Shown here one piece after another: positions 12,215-25,188 of a stretch of DNA of 64,000 bases; positions within the stretch are counted from its first letter, which is position 1; each line of letters opens with the position of its first letter. The DNA is from Callorhinchus milii. Lineage: Eukaryota. Where the stretch lies: positions 186,001 through 250,000 of the forward strand of contig NW_024704804.1 of NCBI RefSeq assembly GCF_018977255.1. The letters are read 5' to 3'. Below the pieces are notes generated by a model, which was given only the letters and a program-made list of their open reading frames with translations, made no database searches and was not told the origin of the DNA. The position numbers and the translations under genes are program-made.

Positions 12215-13113
12215 GGAACTTGTTGGCCATTGTGGTCCTGTCCCGAGGAAAGTGTGGGCTCTCAAAATGTATCACCCTCTACATGGTGGCCATGGCAGTG
12301 GCCGATCTCCTGTTCGCCATCACCGAAGTGGTTTTGAACCACATACATTCTCTGTATTTCAATCACACATTTCTGGACATCACTCCCGTGTGTTCACTCA
12401 GATTGGTGCTGATGTCGGCGGTGACACACATGTCAGTCTGGTTCACAGTGGCTTTCACCTTTGATCGCCTGGTCGCCATCTGTTGGGTGAAACTGAAAAC
12501 GAGTTATTGCACCGAGAGAACAGCAGCCGTGGTTGTAGGAGTGATTTCTTCTCTGAGCTGTTTCATCAGCATTCCCTGGTACCTTATGTATGAGCCCAGA
12601 GAGATACTGAACAAAGTTCCTTGGTTTTGCAAGTTCAAAGTGGTTTACTACACCTCTCCCACATCGATTGTATTTCACTGGTTTGACACTATAATAACTC
12701 CGTTTGTTCCATTCTTTCTGATTCTGCTGATGAATGTGGTGACAGTCAGACACATTTTAGCTTCGAATAGAATCCGCAGAAACCTCCTGCAACAGAAAAA
12801 TGAAAATGGCATTGATGCAGAGATTGAGAATCGAAGAAAATCAATCATCTTACTCTTCGCAATATCAGGCAGCTTCATCCTGTTGTGGCTAATGTATGTT
12901 TTAAATTTTATATTTTTGCGAACCTTAGTCAATTACTTCTACCAAAGCTACAGAGACCCAGTGTTTGTTGTCCAAGAAGTGACTGACATGCTTAAGGTTT
13001 TGAGTTGCTGCACAAACACCGTCATTTATGCTTCAACACAATCTAAGTTCAGAGAGGATGTCAAATATCTTGTGATCTTTCCGTTTAAACACATATTTAA
13101 CCTATTTAAATAA
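12215..13113 (+). CDS. GPR139/GPR142-like GPCR copy 1, exon 2 (spliced product 332 aa)
   Basis: ctcacAG acceptor at 12213-12214; 100+899 nt = 333 codons including stop. Class A motifs GNLL, MAVADLL, TM3 Cys, FTFDRLVAIC, ECL2 Cys, PFVPF, NRRKS..LFAIS..F..LW and SCCTNTVIY. Confidence 0.93.
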
Positions 13114-14829
13114 AGGAAAATGCGTGGCACTCGATGTAATTTGTGAAATATTAACAACGAGCCATCGTCTATTGGGACAATTGGTAGCTTCCGAAAGTGT
13201 TTTACAGAATATACTGTGAAGTAGGTTCCAATTAACGGATGAATGGGGCTCCTTGGTCTATAAGCCTTCTTGTTGCTCCGTGAAAGTGCCTCCAGATACA
13301 TTCATATTTTTATTATTATTATTAATATCATTAATTTATTCCAGCTTCCTTTCAAACTACGCTCAGGAAAAGTCAACAAGGATCAATTACGTGTTGCCGT
13401 TTAACCAGAAAATTGTTTTAAACATAAACTCATCACGAGGAAAATCGTGAATTAAAGATAAATGAAACATTATTCAAATAATTGTTTGTTCGGCAAGTTG
13501 AGGTAACAGCCAATTTCATATGTTAAGAAGGTTAGAAATGCAAAAGGGAGAGGAGGGTGACGTGGCTCAGTTGGTAAGTAACAACAACTTGTACGTTTAT
13601 GTGAGGCTATTGGATGAGGAGAGGATCGTGGTGGCTTCTAAAATAAAGGAATTCAATCCTGTATTGGTATTTGGTTAATTTTAAAGGGAAGAAAATCGAG
13701 CCTTCTCTTGAGGACTGCATTTATCAGTCATTTACAGATGTTTCGAGAGTTGTGACAAATTATGTGGCAAATAAGCACTGAAAAGTTATCCTGTAAAACA
13801 TTTGCACCAGTAGCTGAATTGTATAGAGTTAACCGTTCCGCCTTTCGTTTTATTTGATGAGTTACCTTATCAGCTAATAAACAGTTCACCTAATTTGAAC
13901 AAAGCCATTGTGTCATGTTGTATTCTCTTGTTACTCTAAAGTTTGGCAATCACATGCTAAGCATGTGATTGATTAGAGAAATGCTCGCCTTCCTGACCCA
14001 CTGCACCAATGGCCGGTATTATTCCACTCTCCACACTGAGGCCTCCCAACAGTCGGCTCCTGCTGCTGCCACACGAGGAAGTTCAACAGGGAGGGAGCGC
14101 AAAGTTAGAAGGTTGTAAATGGTATCTCGTCAAATACTTTCACCACCGGGACACATGCGGCCGTCATTTGGACACCACTTTTGTAAAGTATCGAGGCAGT
14201 GTATTGTGCAAGTAATTGTGACTGACAAATTGCAGTGAAGTGAGCGTCCAATTTGTATTGATGGTGTTGTCAGCCAGGACTCCAGGAGAAACTCACTTAG
14301 ATTTTTGATGCATGTCATTGTGCAGAATATTGTCAAACAAATACACACATACAGACTTACCCAAAAACACACACACACACATCGACACACACACACAACA
14401 GCACAGAAGCACAGAATCACAAACACAGACAGATAAACACTCACAAACACACGCAGATATGTAAAGAGGGAACGAAACACATAGGCATATATGCAAACAG
14501 AGACACACACATACACACTCACAGAACACTCAAACGCGCACAGACAGGAACACAGTCGCAACCAACAACAAGAAAAACTTCAAATTGTATAGCGCCCTCC
14601 ATGCCGCGGGTTGTCCAAGTGACATACGCGCAGACAGAGAGAAACACACAGGAAACGGTATATTGGAAAGTATGATACATGTGATGCCAAGCAACTGCAA
14701 GAAGTTTGGAAGGAAAACGAGATGGATTTCCGTGATCTTTGGCTCAGGAGATTCCTATTTTCTTATGTTCTTATGATCGTATCCCAGACAGATGTGCAAC
14801 AAAGTCAAACGCCGTTAATATCTTATGGT

Positions 14830-15110
14830 TCCTGCTCATTAAACGGTCAGCGGGAAGATTCGCCACAGATCAGAGTTGATCCCGCTATCATTTGAACAGG
14901 GACTGCACTCTGTATAAAATTCTCTGTGCAAATGTGCTTGAATGTACAAGGATTATACTTGTTATCAGTGTTGCGGAATGCCACCTCTCCCCGCTCAATA
15001 TCCAGGTGTTCTCAAAGGACCAGTGATTCTCTCTCAGGCGGGTACTCGTTGAGGTCAGAGCTTCATATTCATCCCCAATTCTCAGTCACAATCGAAGATT
15101 GAATCTTGTT
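14830..15110 (-). pseudogene. Decayed B30.2/SPRY exon 3' half
   Basis: Reverse complement aligns by eye to 3680-3955 (gatgaatatgaagct..cctgagagaga..cctggatattgag..cacagagaa..ctga(c)agtttaatgagcaggaa). No open frame. Confidence 0.7.
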
Positions 15111-15608
15111 GTGAACTGTCACACAACGGGACAGGTATGAGCCCAAAAGTTCTTCATTTGATCGTCAGCGAGACACATTGGTGCTCAGGCAGCAAGAAGA
15201 ACGAGTTAGGACGACTTTAAAAAAACTGACACCCATCAAATCAATTTAATTTTTCACAGTACGGAACAATAACTTTGCAAATTCGTGAAAGAATTTTTTT
15301 TAAGTTGATTACAAATTTATATTAGTATAACGCATATCAATTTGAGAGGTCAAGGCAAATTCTCACCGTATTCATCAACTTGGGGATCAGAGCTGAATGG
15401 GGTGATTTGGGGAAAGATGATCCCTGGTGAGGGCAAACATATAGGTCTTGGGACAGACTTGGATAAGTTAAACCAGGGTGTCAGACAAAACAACTGCGAA
15501 ATGGAGATACAGAATTTGTCCAGAATGGCTGAAAGCCCCATGTGCGGGTAACGTGAGGTATTTCAAGCTGCCTGGCAATGCTGGAAGGTAGAAAGTACAT
15601 TCTTGCTT

Positions 15609-15935
15609 GTGGAGTCCTGAAGCTCAGTGTTTAGAGAACTCGCCTTGCAAGCGAGGCAGCTGAGTTCAATTCCAGGCAGGGCGAAACATTTGGTAATTTG
15701 ATTACTCCACACCTCACATAATAATCTCTCCGAAACTAAATATTCATACATTGGTCATATTCAATCCACGACTGTTTGTGGGACGCTTCTGTGCACAATT
15801 GGCTTCCGCTACTCGCCCACAAATACACAGTTAATTCACTTTCCAGTCTAATCTGTCAAGAAGACGTGAAAAGCGATATATCAAATGCAAGGATTGTTAT
15901 TAGTTTTATTATAATTATTATTATTATTACTATGA
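15609..15935 (+). mobile_element. tRNA-derived SINE shared by three duplication units
   Basis: Same head-side flank (cttcttgcttgtggagtcc) as the copies at 21945-22262(-) and 51780-52105(-), so it predates the duplications. Confidence 0.85.
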
Positions 15936-16949
15936 TAATTATCTGGATGTGACAGAAGTAGGTTGGTGGAGAAACGTTGATCCTTATGGATAGGGGCATG
16001 GATAGCCAATGGAGGACAGTTTACCAGCTGGTCGTGTACACAGCGGAATCCAGCGGACATGGCTTGCTGTTCGAGGGCTCAACTCAGCACCAATCTACGC
16101 AAACAGTATTTCAGTCAGCGAATAGCGAACTTGTGCAACAGGCTCCCGAGTGAGATGGTTGAAGCAGAAAGTGTTGATTCTTTGAAACACAGATTAAATA
16201 GTTTTATTTGAGGAAATAACACTGTGAGATATAACACACAGGTGTTCGGGACATATGTGCGTGCTACTGCATGGCAGGTGGAAGGCAAACTAGCTGGGTC
16301 TTGATCTTTTTCCATTCAGCATTTCGGATACTATTCTGTTCTTGAAACACATGAGTTACCGAGATCTTGATGTTTGGCCGGTTGTGCAGGGCAGAGCTGT
16401 GGAAGCTCACATTCAGAGCGTTAGTGCTGTCAATCCGATGTCTGTACAGAGCAAATACACCTTGCAATTGCACAGCGCCTCGCACATAGGGTAGGAGAGT
16501 AGTGGAGCACCGCTATGAGGCGGTGTGAACGGGGAATGACAGGGGCAAGGTCGACTCGGAAGTTCTTCAGAAGAGACCAGAAGACGGGAAGGATGGGGCA
16601 AAGATTGGGGATAGGGGAAGTGTGTTCCAGGATTTCGGGGCGAAGTGACTCAAAACATTGACCACAAATGGTGGAATGGAGAGCAAATCGAGGGACACAT
16701 GTTGTTGCGTGTTGGGTAGTAAACAGGTCACAAACGCAGCAATGTGCCTGGGCAAGAGTGGATTCAGTACACGAGTTTGAGTTTCTTGAAATCGACCTGA
16801 TGGTTGATGGAGAGAACTCGAATCCTTGGCTAGAAATAGTATGACAGGTGCTCGGAGAACAGTACCAGTCAGTATGCGGGCCCGATATTTTGGGATATCT
16901 ATCCTCCTCAGTCTTGACAATGCGAATGGATTCAGCAGCCGTAGCCACT

Positions 16950-18817
16950 TGCGGGAAAGTATTCTAGATTTCCATTGAAGCTTGGGTGAAAAATGCTCCT
17001 AATTTCCCTCTTAAATGGCCTAGCTTTAGTTATAACAACACGTCCCCTTGTTCTGGATTTCCCAACCAGTGGTAATAGTGTATCTGTATCTTCCGTATTG
17101 AATCACAGTACCAATTTAAAAGCCCTCAATGGGATCAATCTGCAACCTTCTCAAATCAGGACAACAGAGAACACGTTCATGTCATCTGTCTTCATAATTC
17201 ACCTATTTTATCCCAGGTATAATTTTGTTGAATCTGCCATGTACCCACTCCAGACCCAATATATCCTTTCTGTGGTGCGATGCCTAAAACTGAACTGATC
17301 TCCAGATGGGTCAGACCGTTCTATAAAGATGAGGCATCATTTCCTACCCTTTATATTCCAGCCTATATCTCATTTCTAAATAATAAATAATAATAGTAGT
17401 AATAATATACTATAATATATTAATAATAATATATAATAATAATATATAATCATTGCATTTGTTATAGCGCCTTTCACGTTTCCTAGACGTCTCAAGGCGC
17501 TTCACAGTATATATAATAAGGTAAATTGACTATATATTTAAGGTCGAAAACGGCAGCTATTTGCGCACAACAGTGTCTCACAAACAGTCCTGTAATAAGT
17601 GACTAAAGTATTAATATTTTTTTGTTTGGTGTTTTATTATCCCCGGAAAAGCGATCGGCCAATCGACTAAGAACCAGGTTCCTACTTAATGCTCAGTAAA
17701 CAGGTTCGTTGAGATTTGGGAAAGTTTCATAACATTTTGCATTTCTTTTATTGATAATCTTTTGTGACTGTGAGCTTGGCTTCAGTGAACTGTGTACGTG
17801 GGCTCACAAATCCCTTTGCGTTCCCGAGTGCTTAGTTTCTCACGCTTTAGAAATTTTCTGCATTGCTATATTTGGGGCCATCGTGGACGGTCTCACAAAA
17901 CCACACATTGAATTCCATCTGCCTCAGTTTTGTGCGCTCAATTTATCTCTCAAACTCACTTTGAAACCTTCTGCTTCTCTCTAAGAATTTACTGTGGGGC
18001 CTAATTTTGTGTCTTCTACAGATTTGGATACACATCTCTCAAATCCTTCATCCATGTCGTTTATATCTGCCCAAAAGCGGATGACCAAGCTCAAACACCT
18101 GGAGGAAACCGAATTTCCCGTCCTCTTAATCAGAGATTGTTCACTTTCTATCCTACCAACTGTTTCCTGCCTCGCACCCAATAACCGAGCCAAAGTGCGA
18201 TGTTTCCCCCAAATCCATTCTCTTTTTTTATTGCAATTGACATCTTGTGTGGAACTTAATCCAATGCCGTTTGAAAGAGCATTAGACGACATACATTGCC
18301 CTCTCTTAAGAACCATGTTCGTGGGCTTTTTCAGTCAATCAATCAGATTTGTAAGACATGATCTTCATTTCACAAATCAGCGCTGACGCTCTTTGATCTG
18401 TTCATATTTTCCAAATGCGGAGTTTCACGTTTTCTGATGAGAAATTCCAGTGATTTCCATACAAATGAAATGAAGCTGAAGAGCCTGTAGTTATTTCGTT
18501 TCTCTCTCTGTCCCTTCTTAAATAAAGGAGTGACATTGGCAATTCTCCAATCAAAGAGGACAATTCCCAAATGTAGAGAGGTTTGAAAAATTATGCATAA
18601 ATCATCTGGAATTTGATCCAATATTTATTTTCATGTGTGAGGTTGCAATATGTCGGGTCGTGGCGATGTGTTCATCCATATTTCCATTATATGCACAATT
18701 ACTGTGTTATTATTCACAATGAATCCATCTGATGCTTCTGTTTTCCTTATTTTTGCTTTCGCTTGTACCACCGTTATTTTGTCCTCTTCCTCAACTGAGA
18801 AAAGACAAGGAAACAAT
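16950..18817 (-). mobile_element. Decayed CR1-like LINE fragments with a partial SINE at ~17400-17630
   Basis: DWRIANVTPLFKKGQREKRNNYRL and INDMDEG...SKSVEDTKLG (degenerate RT FADDTKLG region). Confidence 0.78.
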
Positions 18818-18847
18818 NNNNNNNNNNNNNNNNNNNNNNNNNNNNNN
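18818..18847. other. Assembly gap (30 N)
   Basis: Run of N. Confidence 1.
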
Positions 18848-19620
18848 ACTGACGAGGAGGGTCCCAGAGGTGCACTAGACCCAGGATTGCATAGGGAGAA
18901 GCCGCAACTGCTTACCAAGATGTGGTGAGGTGTAGCCGGGTGGTGTGGCCTCCGTGAGGGGGAGGTGTCGCCTGGGGTGAGCCAGGTGTCCGTTAAGGCC
19001 ATGATGTCAACGGTCTCATCAAGGATGAGATCGTTGATGACCAGGGCCTCGTTACAGAGGGAGCGGACGTTTTGTAGTCCGACGTGGAGGCAGCGGTTGA
19101 CAGAAGGTTGTGTGGGAGGGGAGGGGGGTCCAGTTTGTGAGGCAGGGGTGTGGGAAACGGGGATAAGGGAGGACAGGTTGTCTCCACGGGCCTGTGTCCG
19201 GGGTGGCTGGTGAGTGTGGTGGGGAATGGGGCAGTCGGTGCAGCTGCTGCTGGACAGCCAACGCTAGTGCCACGGTGAGCCCGGCTGAGGATTCCCAGGC
19301 TGGAATAGTGGGAGTGTGTGGGATGGTCTAGTGGGATAGAAGGCGAGAGGTACGGAGAGAGGGGAGGACAGAGCGGGAGAGAAGCAGTGGGTGAAGGGTT
19401 TTGTGGGAGAGAGGAGGGGGGAGGGAGGGAGGGGATGTGCGGATGAGGGTCAGAGCGACAGTCATAGTGCGCAATCGCAGATCGGGAATGAGCGGTCAGG
19501 TGGATTGCATTAGCCCATAGGCTGGGGCTGGGGCAGCCAACCCAGCAGGACCATGGTGGGCCCTGATGCGAGCCCTGGGGGGTTGGGGGCTCAGAGTGAT
19601 TTTTTTGCTGTTGTGCGCTC
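18848..19620 (-). mobile_element. L2-like LINE, ORF2 N-terminal/endonuclease region, frameshifted
   Basis: VGLQNVRSLCNEALVINDLILDETVDIMALTDTWLTPGD on the minus strand. Confidence 0.82.
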
Positions 19621-20239
19621 ACACTCCTGAAACTAAACTATAACGTCAGCGGTTCCGCCCAACCCCACACACCCCCTACAGCCCCCACACTCCCCCACTC
19701 GCTGAACTCCCTACCGCCTCGTGCTTCAATACCTGAGAAGGTAGTCCCAGTCTTCTCCCCGCGCTGTCCTGCCGCCGCTCCCCGTCAACACATGCGGTTG
19801 ATGGCATACACGGACGTGTCATACACACGACGTGGTAAAGCACCATATTGTAAGCAAAATGTATCATTATTATTATGATCATGATCATACTAATGTTGGA
19901 TCTCGGAACAGAACAGCACCTTTAATTACGCTTCGATTAACCCGAATGCTTGAGCCAAACTCCCTCAAGAAGTTTGATTGACGGTTAAAACGTCCTCTAC
20001 GTAGATATCATAAGAGCTTCATGTGATCTGCACTGACCCTGCACAAACTCCATCATTGCAACTGGTTTCTCTCAGCGTCGGACGTATTGTTTCATAGGGG
20101 GGAATTCAGATTTGTGAATTTCACGCCTTCCCCCTGACTCCCAGTCCATGTTTTATCTGAGCACTTATTTCCCCGGTTTTGGGCAATCACACCAACTTCT
20201 TTCCTCCCGTAAACTTGGTAACTAATGAGTTTGGAGATC

Positions 20240-20540
20240 ATAAGAATATCAGAAATTTAGACGGAAAAAGTTCAAGTTCCATCTTGTTCGCCTTCCACAT
20301 TCCTGCCGGTTGCATGCGCAGATGTCCCGAACTACTTATGTGCTATATCCCGCAGTGTTACTTCCTAAAAGAAAACTGTCTAATCTGTGGTTGAACGCTT
20401 CAACACTTTCTGCTTCAACGGTTTCACTCGGGATCCTGTTCCACAGCTTCACTATACGCTCACTGAAATAGCCTTTGTGCAGATTCATTCTGAGTTTAGA
20501 CCCCTCCAATCGCAAGTTGTGTGCGCTGGATTGTGCTCTG
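20240..20540 (-). mobile_element. CR1-like LINE 3' end
   Basis: HNLRLEG...YFSERIVKLWNRIPSETVEAESVEAFNHRLDSFL, typical of the CR1 ORF2 C-terminus. Confidence 0.75.
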
Positions 20541-21184
20541 TGCAAAATGCTCGACGAGCTTTTAACCGACTTTCCAACTGTCCTGTTCTGGCTTTCCATC
20601 CTCCTGTGGATCAAAGTTTGACCACCACCCTAATACTGCCAATTCCGGATATCCAACACGGAAGATGCACACTGCACACAAACACTGCCAGACTGCTTCA
20701 ACAGCCTTACATTACGCACCACAACATGGGACTTTCAGTCATTCAAGACACGCTCTGTAACTCCATCCCAATGTTGTTTTCACTCATACCTTGGCTTAAA
20801 TTATCAAAGTATGCTTCAAGTACTATCTCTTTGCCATCGCCAATAATCTTCATCTTTCCCTTTCTCAACCCATTCAGCTCTAACCCCCAGCTTGGTATTG
20901 TTAGCATGGTAAGCGTTTTATCTTGAACTCTCAAGTTGAAAGACGGTAGGTTAGTCTAAATTAGTGTTGAAGGCGAAACAATTTTCTGTGAAGAATTGCA
21001 GAATATAGCTTCCACAATTTTGTAACATACAGTAAAAAATGTACATTGATATCATATCCTTCATTTTCTGAAGACGTCTTTATACGCTCCGTTTGCTGCC
21101 AGGGCAGAGTTGTGTCGTGGTGATGTTCAACTGAAGAAAGTTAGATCTCCAACGGGTTGTTCGACAGTTTAGAGCGAGATTCAC

Positions 21185-21430
21185 TCTTGAATTCTGACTG
21201 AGAAACGTGGATCATATGAAGCTCTGATCTCAACTCGTAACCGCTTGCCCCAGAGAGAGAGAGAGAACCGTGGAGCCGGCCCACGGATAACACGTTTCGT
21301 CTCTAGACTTTCGCACACTTTCACACAGAAATGTATTTCTACTTTAGTGCTTGTTTCAATAACTGCGGAACAAACACTGAGCCTTTGATAATTTGCTCGC
21401 TGACAGTTTAATGAGCAGTAAAACCCTGAG
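21185..21430 (+). pseudogene. Decayed B30.2/SPRY remnant within an older duplicate of the 22330-23050 block
   Basis: gagaaacgtggatcatatgaagct..cacactttcacacagaaa..tgacagtttaatgagcagtaaaaccct resembles 3690-3957. Confidence 0.62.
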
Positions 21431-21944
21431 ATATTAACGGTGTTTGACTGTAATTTACACCTGCCTTAGTTCTAATGATCTTATTCCAGATCCCATTCAT
21501 AGCCGAGATTTACCGGCTCCCCTTTCAATGATGGGGTAAATTTCAAGATCCTCAAACTCCTTTCCAAATCACTACTTGTCCTGGTGCCTTCCTACATTTG
21601 TGATCAATTTACCACCCAAACCCACTCCCATCTTTGGCCGCTTTTTTTGAGTCACTTCGCCCGCAAACCTGCAACAAACTTCCTCTCTCCCCAAAACTTG
21701 GCCCTTCTTTCCCCATCTTTTGGTCTCGTCTGAAGAGCTTCCTATTCGACAGTGACTAAAGTCATCTTCCACTCCTCCCGTCTCAGAGTTGTGCTGCACC
21801 ACTGTCCGGCGGTAGAAAATGATTCCCTGCGTGAGGTGAGCTGTTTAATTGCAAAATGTTTTTCTTGTACACAACACATCGGAGTGACAACAGTCAAAGG
21901 TTCGCCAGCACCCTACCTCTGCCACAATCAGATCACAATAATAA

Positions 21945-22262
21945 TATAATAAATAGTAATCCTTGCATTTGATATGGCGCTGTTCACGTCTTCTCGACGT
22001 CTCAAATTGCTTCACAGAATAGACTGTAAAGCGAATTGACTGTATACTTTTGGTCGAAACGCGGCAGCCACTTGCACACATCAGCGTCCCTCAAACTGTC
22101 GTGGATTGAAGTTGACCAATTTATTGTTGTTTCGTTTCGGATGGATTATTATTAGGCGCTTGGAGTAACTGAACTTACCCAAGGTTTCGCCCTGCCTGGA
22201 ATTGAACCCAGGTGACTTGCTGGCAAGGCGAGTGCTCTAACCACTGAGCTACAGGACAGCAC
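21945..22262 (-). mobile_element. tRNA-derived SINE
   Basis: Full head-to-(ATT)n structure. Confidence 0.85.
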
Positions 22263-22769
22263 AGACAAGAAGGTACTTACTACCCTCCAACATTACCAGG
22301 ATGCTTGAAATACCTCACATTGCGAACACTATGGTTCTGTCAGCTATTCTGGACTCACTCTATATCTCCATTCCGCAGTTGTTTTGTCTGACACCCTGGT
22401 TTACCTTATCCAAGTCTGTCCCAAAAACTGTATCTTTCCCCTCGCCAGGGATCATCTTTCCCCAAATCACCCCATTTAGTTCTAACCTTCCGGTTGATGA
22501 ATACCGTGAGCATTTGGCCTCCGAAATTGCAACACAGTATATTAATATAAATTCGTAATCAACTTGAAACAATTTTCTTTCAAGAATTTGCGATACTGTT
22601 GTATCGTACTGTGAAAAATTTAATTGATGTGATGACCGTCAGCTTTTTTAAGACGTCCTAATACGTTCGTCTTGCTGCCTGAGCACCAGCGTGTCTCGGT
22701 GATGATCAAATGAAGAACTTCAGGGCTCATACCTGTCCCGTTGTGTGACAGTTCAGAAAAAGATTGAAG

Positions 22770-23045
22770 CTTGGATTGTGACTGAGAATTGGCGATGAAT
22801 ATGAAGCTCTGACCTCAACTGGTACCCGCCTGAGAGAGAAGCCCTGGTCCTGGGAGTCCACCTGGATATTGAGGGGGACAGATGGCATTCTGCCGCACTG
22901 AAAATATATCTCATCCTTAGGCTTTCAAGCACACTTCCACAGAGAAGTTTATCCTGAGTTCAGTCCCTGTTCAAATGATAGCGGGATTAACTCTGATCCG
23001 TGGCAAATGTTCCCGCTGACAGTTTAATCAGAAGGAACCATTAGA
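22770..23045 (+). pseudogene. Decayed B30.2/SPRY exon 3' half
   Basis: cctgagagagaagccc..ctgggagtccacctggatattgagggg matches cctgagagagagaccc..ctgggagtttacctggactatgagggg at 3740-3790. Confidence 0.78.
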
Positions 23046-24406
23046 TATTAACGGCGTTTCACTTTATTTCACATCTGTCTGCGATACGATCATAAGATCA
23101 TAAGAAAATAGTAGGAGTTTCCTGAGCCAAAGATGACGGAAATCCATCTCGTTTGCCTTCCAACCTTCTTGCAGTCGCTTGGCATGACTTGTACCAAACT
23201 TTATCATGTATCTGTTCAATGTGTGTTTCTCGCTGTTCGCGTGTATGTAACTTGGACAACCCGTGGCATGGACGGCGCTATACAATTTGATGTTTTTCTT
23301 GTTGTTGTTTGCGACTGTGGTTGTGTCTGTGTGTGTGTTCTGTGAGTATGTGTGTGTGTCTCTGTTTGCGTATGTGCCTGTGTGTTTCATTCCCTCCTTG
23401 CATATCTGTGTGCGTTTGTGAGTGTTTATCTATCGTTGCTTGTACTGCTGTGTTTCTGTGCTGCTGTGTGTAGGAGTTGCTGTTTGTGCGTGTGTTTGTG
23501 GGTAAGACTGTATATATATACTTGTTTGACAATATTCTGTACAATGACGTGTGTCAAAATAGAAGCGAGTTTCTCCTTGTATCCTGGCTGACAATACCAT
23601 CAATACAAATTGGACGCTCACTTCACTGCAATTTGACAGCCACAACTACTTGCACAATACACTGCCTCGATACTTTACAAAAGTGGTGTCCAAATAGCGG
23701 CACGCGGGCCGCATGTGTCCCGGTGGTGAATTTTTTTGGCGAGATACCATGTATAACCGTCTACCTTCCGCTCCCTCCCTGTCGAACTTCCTCGTGTGGC
23801 AGCAGCAGGACCCGGCGGTTGGGAGGCCTCAGTGTGGAGAGTGGAATAATAGAGGCCATTGCTGCAGTGGGTCAGGAAGGCGAGCAAATCTCTAATCAAT
23901 CACATACTTAGTGACCGCCAACTCCTCCATCAGCAGATAGTGATTGCCGCGCGGCTGATAACAGCAATACCTAACTCCATCATCGCTGGGGTCAACATAC
24001 TTACAGACTCGAATTGAACTGCCAATTTTTCGAATAACAAGAGAATGCAATATGACACATTTACGGTGTTCAAATTATGTGGTTTGTTTATTGACTGATA
24101 TGGTAACTCAGCAAATAACGAAAGACAGAAAGGAAACTGTGTACAATTTAGCTGCTAATACAAGTATTCTGCAGGATAAAATTCCAGCGTTTATTTGCCA
24201 CATAATTTGCAAAATCCTCGAAGCCTCTGTCATTGACTAAAAAATACCAACGTGAAGAGAACACTTGATTTTCTTCCTTCAAACGTTACCCAAAGAAGGA
24301 TACATGATTGAATTCTTATATTTTAGAAGCCACCTCGATCTTCTCCTCACCCAATAACTCAACTAAAACTACACATCTATGTCTTCTTCCCCACTGATCC
24401 ACATCT

Positions 24407-24646
24407 CAGGCAGGGCGAAACGTTGGGCAAGTTTCCTTACTCCACACGGCTAATAATTATCCCTCCAAAACCAAAAACAATAATAAAATTGGTCATTTTC
24501 AATCTACGACTGTTTGTGGGACATTGCTGTGCGCAATTGGCTGCCGCGTTCGCCCACAAATATACAGTCAATTCACTTTACAGTGTGATCTGTGAAGCCC
24601 TTTGGGACGTCCTCCCGACGTGAAAAGCGCTATATCAAATGCAAGG

Positions 24647-24675
<29 letters not shown>
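24407..24675 (+). mobile_element. 5'-truncated young SINE with a short target duplication
   Basis: Flanked by atctc...atctc. The empty site cacatctctcgccc is seen at ~40449. Confidence 0.88.
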
Positions 24676-24677
<2 letters not shown>

Positions 24678-25188
24678 CTCTCGCCCTCTCTCTCTCTGTT
24701 ACATATCTAACCTTCTTAACATATGACTTTGGTGAATAATTCAACTTGCCTCATCAAAACCTATTTGAATCTCCTTCTCATTATTTTTTTTTTACGTTTG
24801 AGCGCATGATTAGTTTATGCTTAATACAATTTTCTAGTTAAACTGCAAAAAGTAATTGCTGCTTGTTGACTTAGGGTGAGCCTAGTTTCAAAGGAATCTG
24901 GAACAAAATAATAATAATAATAATATCAAAGAATCTGGAAGAACGTTCACAGAGCAAAAGGATGCTTAAAAACCAGTGAGCCGCATTCATCCGTTAACTG
25001 GAATCTACTTCACAGTATATGCTGAGAAACACTTTCAGATGGCGTGGCAATGCTCTATATCGATTACAAGGATTATTTTATTGCAGCGCACAGATTGAAA
25101 TCAAAGCCAGTCTATCGGTTGACTCATTAAATTATGATTATTCGTTGTCAACATTTCAAAAATTACACCGTGTGGCACACATTTACGT

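Larger units (their letters stand above)
4190..18817 (+). repeat. Left arm of a ~15-kb inverted segmental duplication (partner ~48850-64000)
   Basis: 4190 agctttcagctcctgatctcgacaataat... is the reverse complement of the last bases of the window. Colinear inverted matches continue through the minisatellite, CR1 pieces, GPCR and B30.2 remnant up to the N gap. Confidence 0.92.

Noticed and set aside
12433-12753. Recurrent 106-aa antisense and 91-aa shifted ORFs over GPCR exon 2
   Set aside because: Shadow frames of conserved coding sequence with no independent motifs.
23995-24010. GTAAGT donor on the receptor strand in the 3' flank (possible 3'UTR intron)
   Set aside because: Mutated in copy 4, deleted in copy 1, and no supported acceptor was found.
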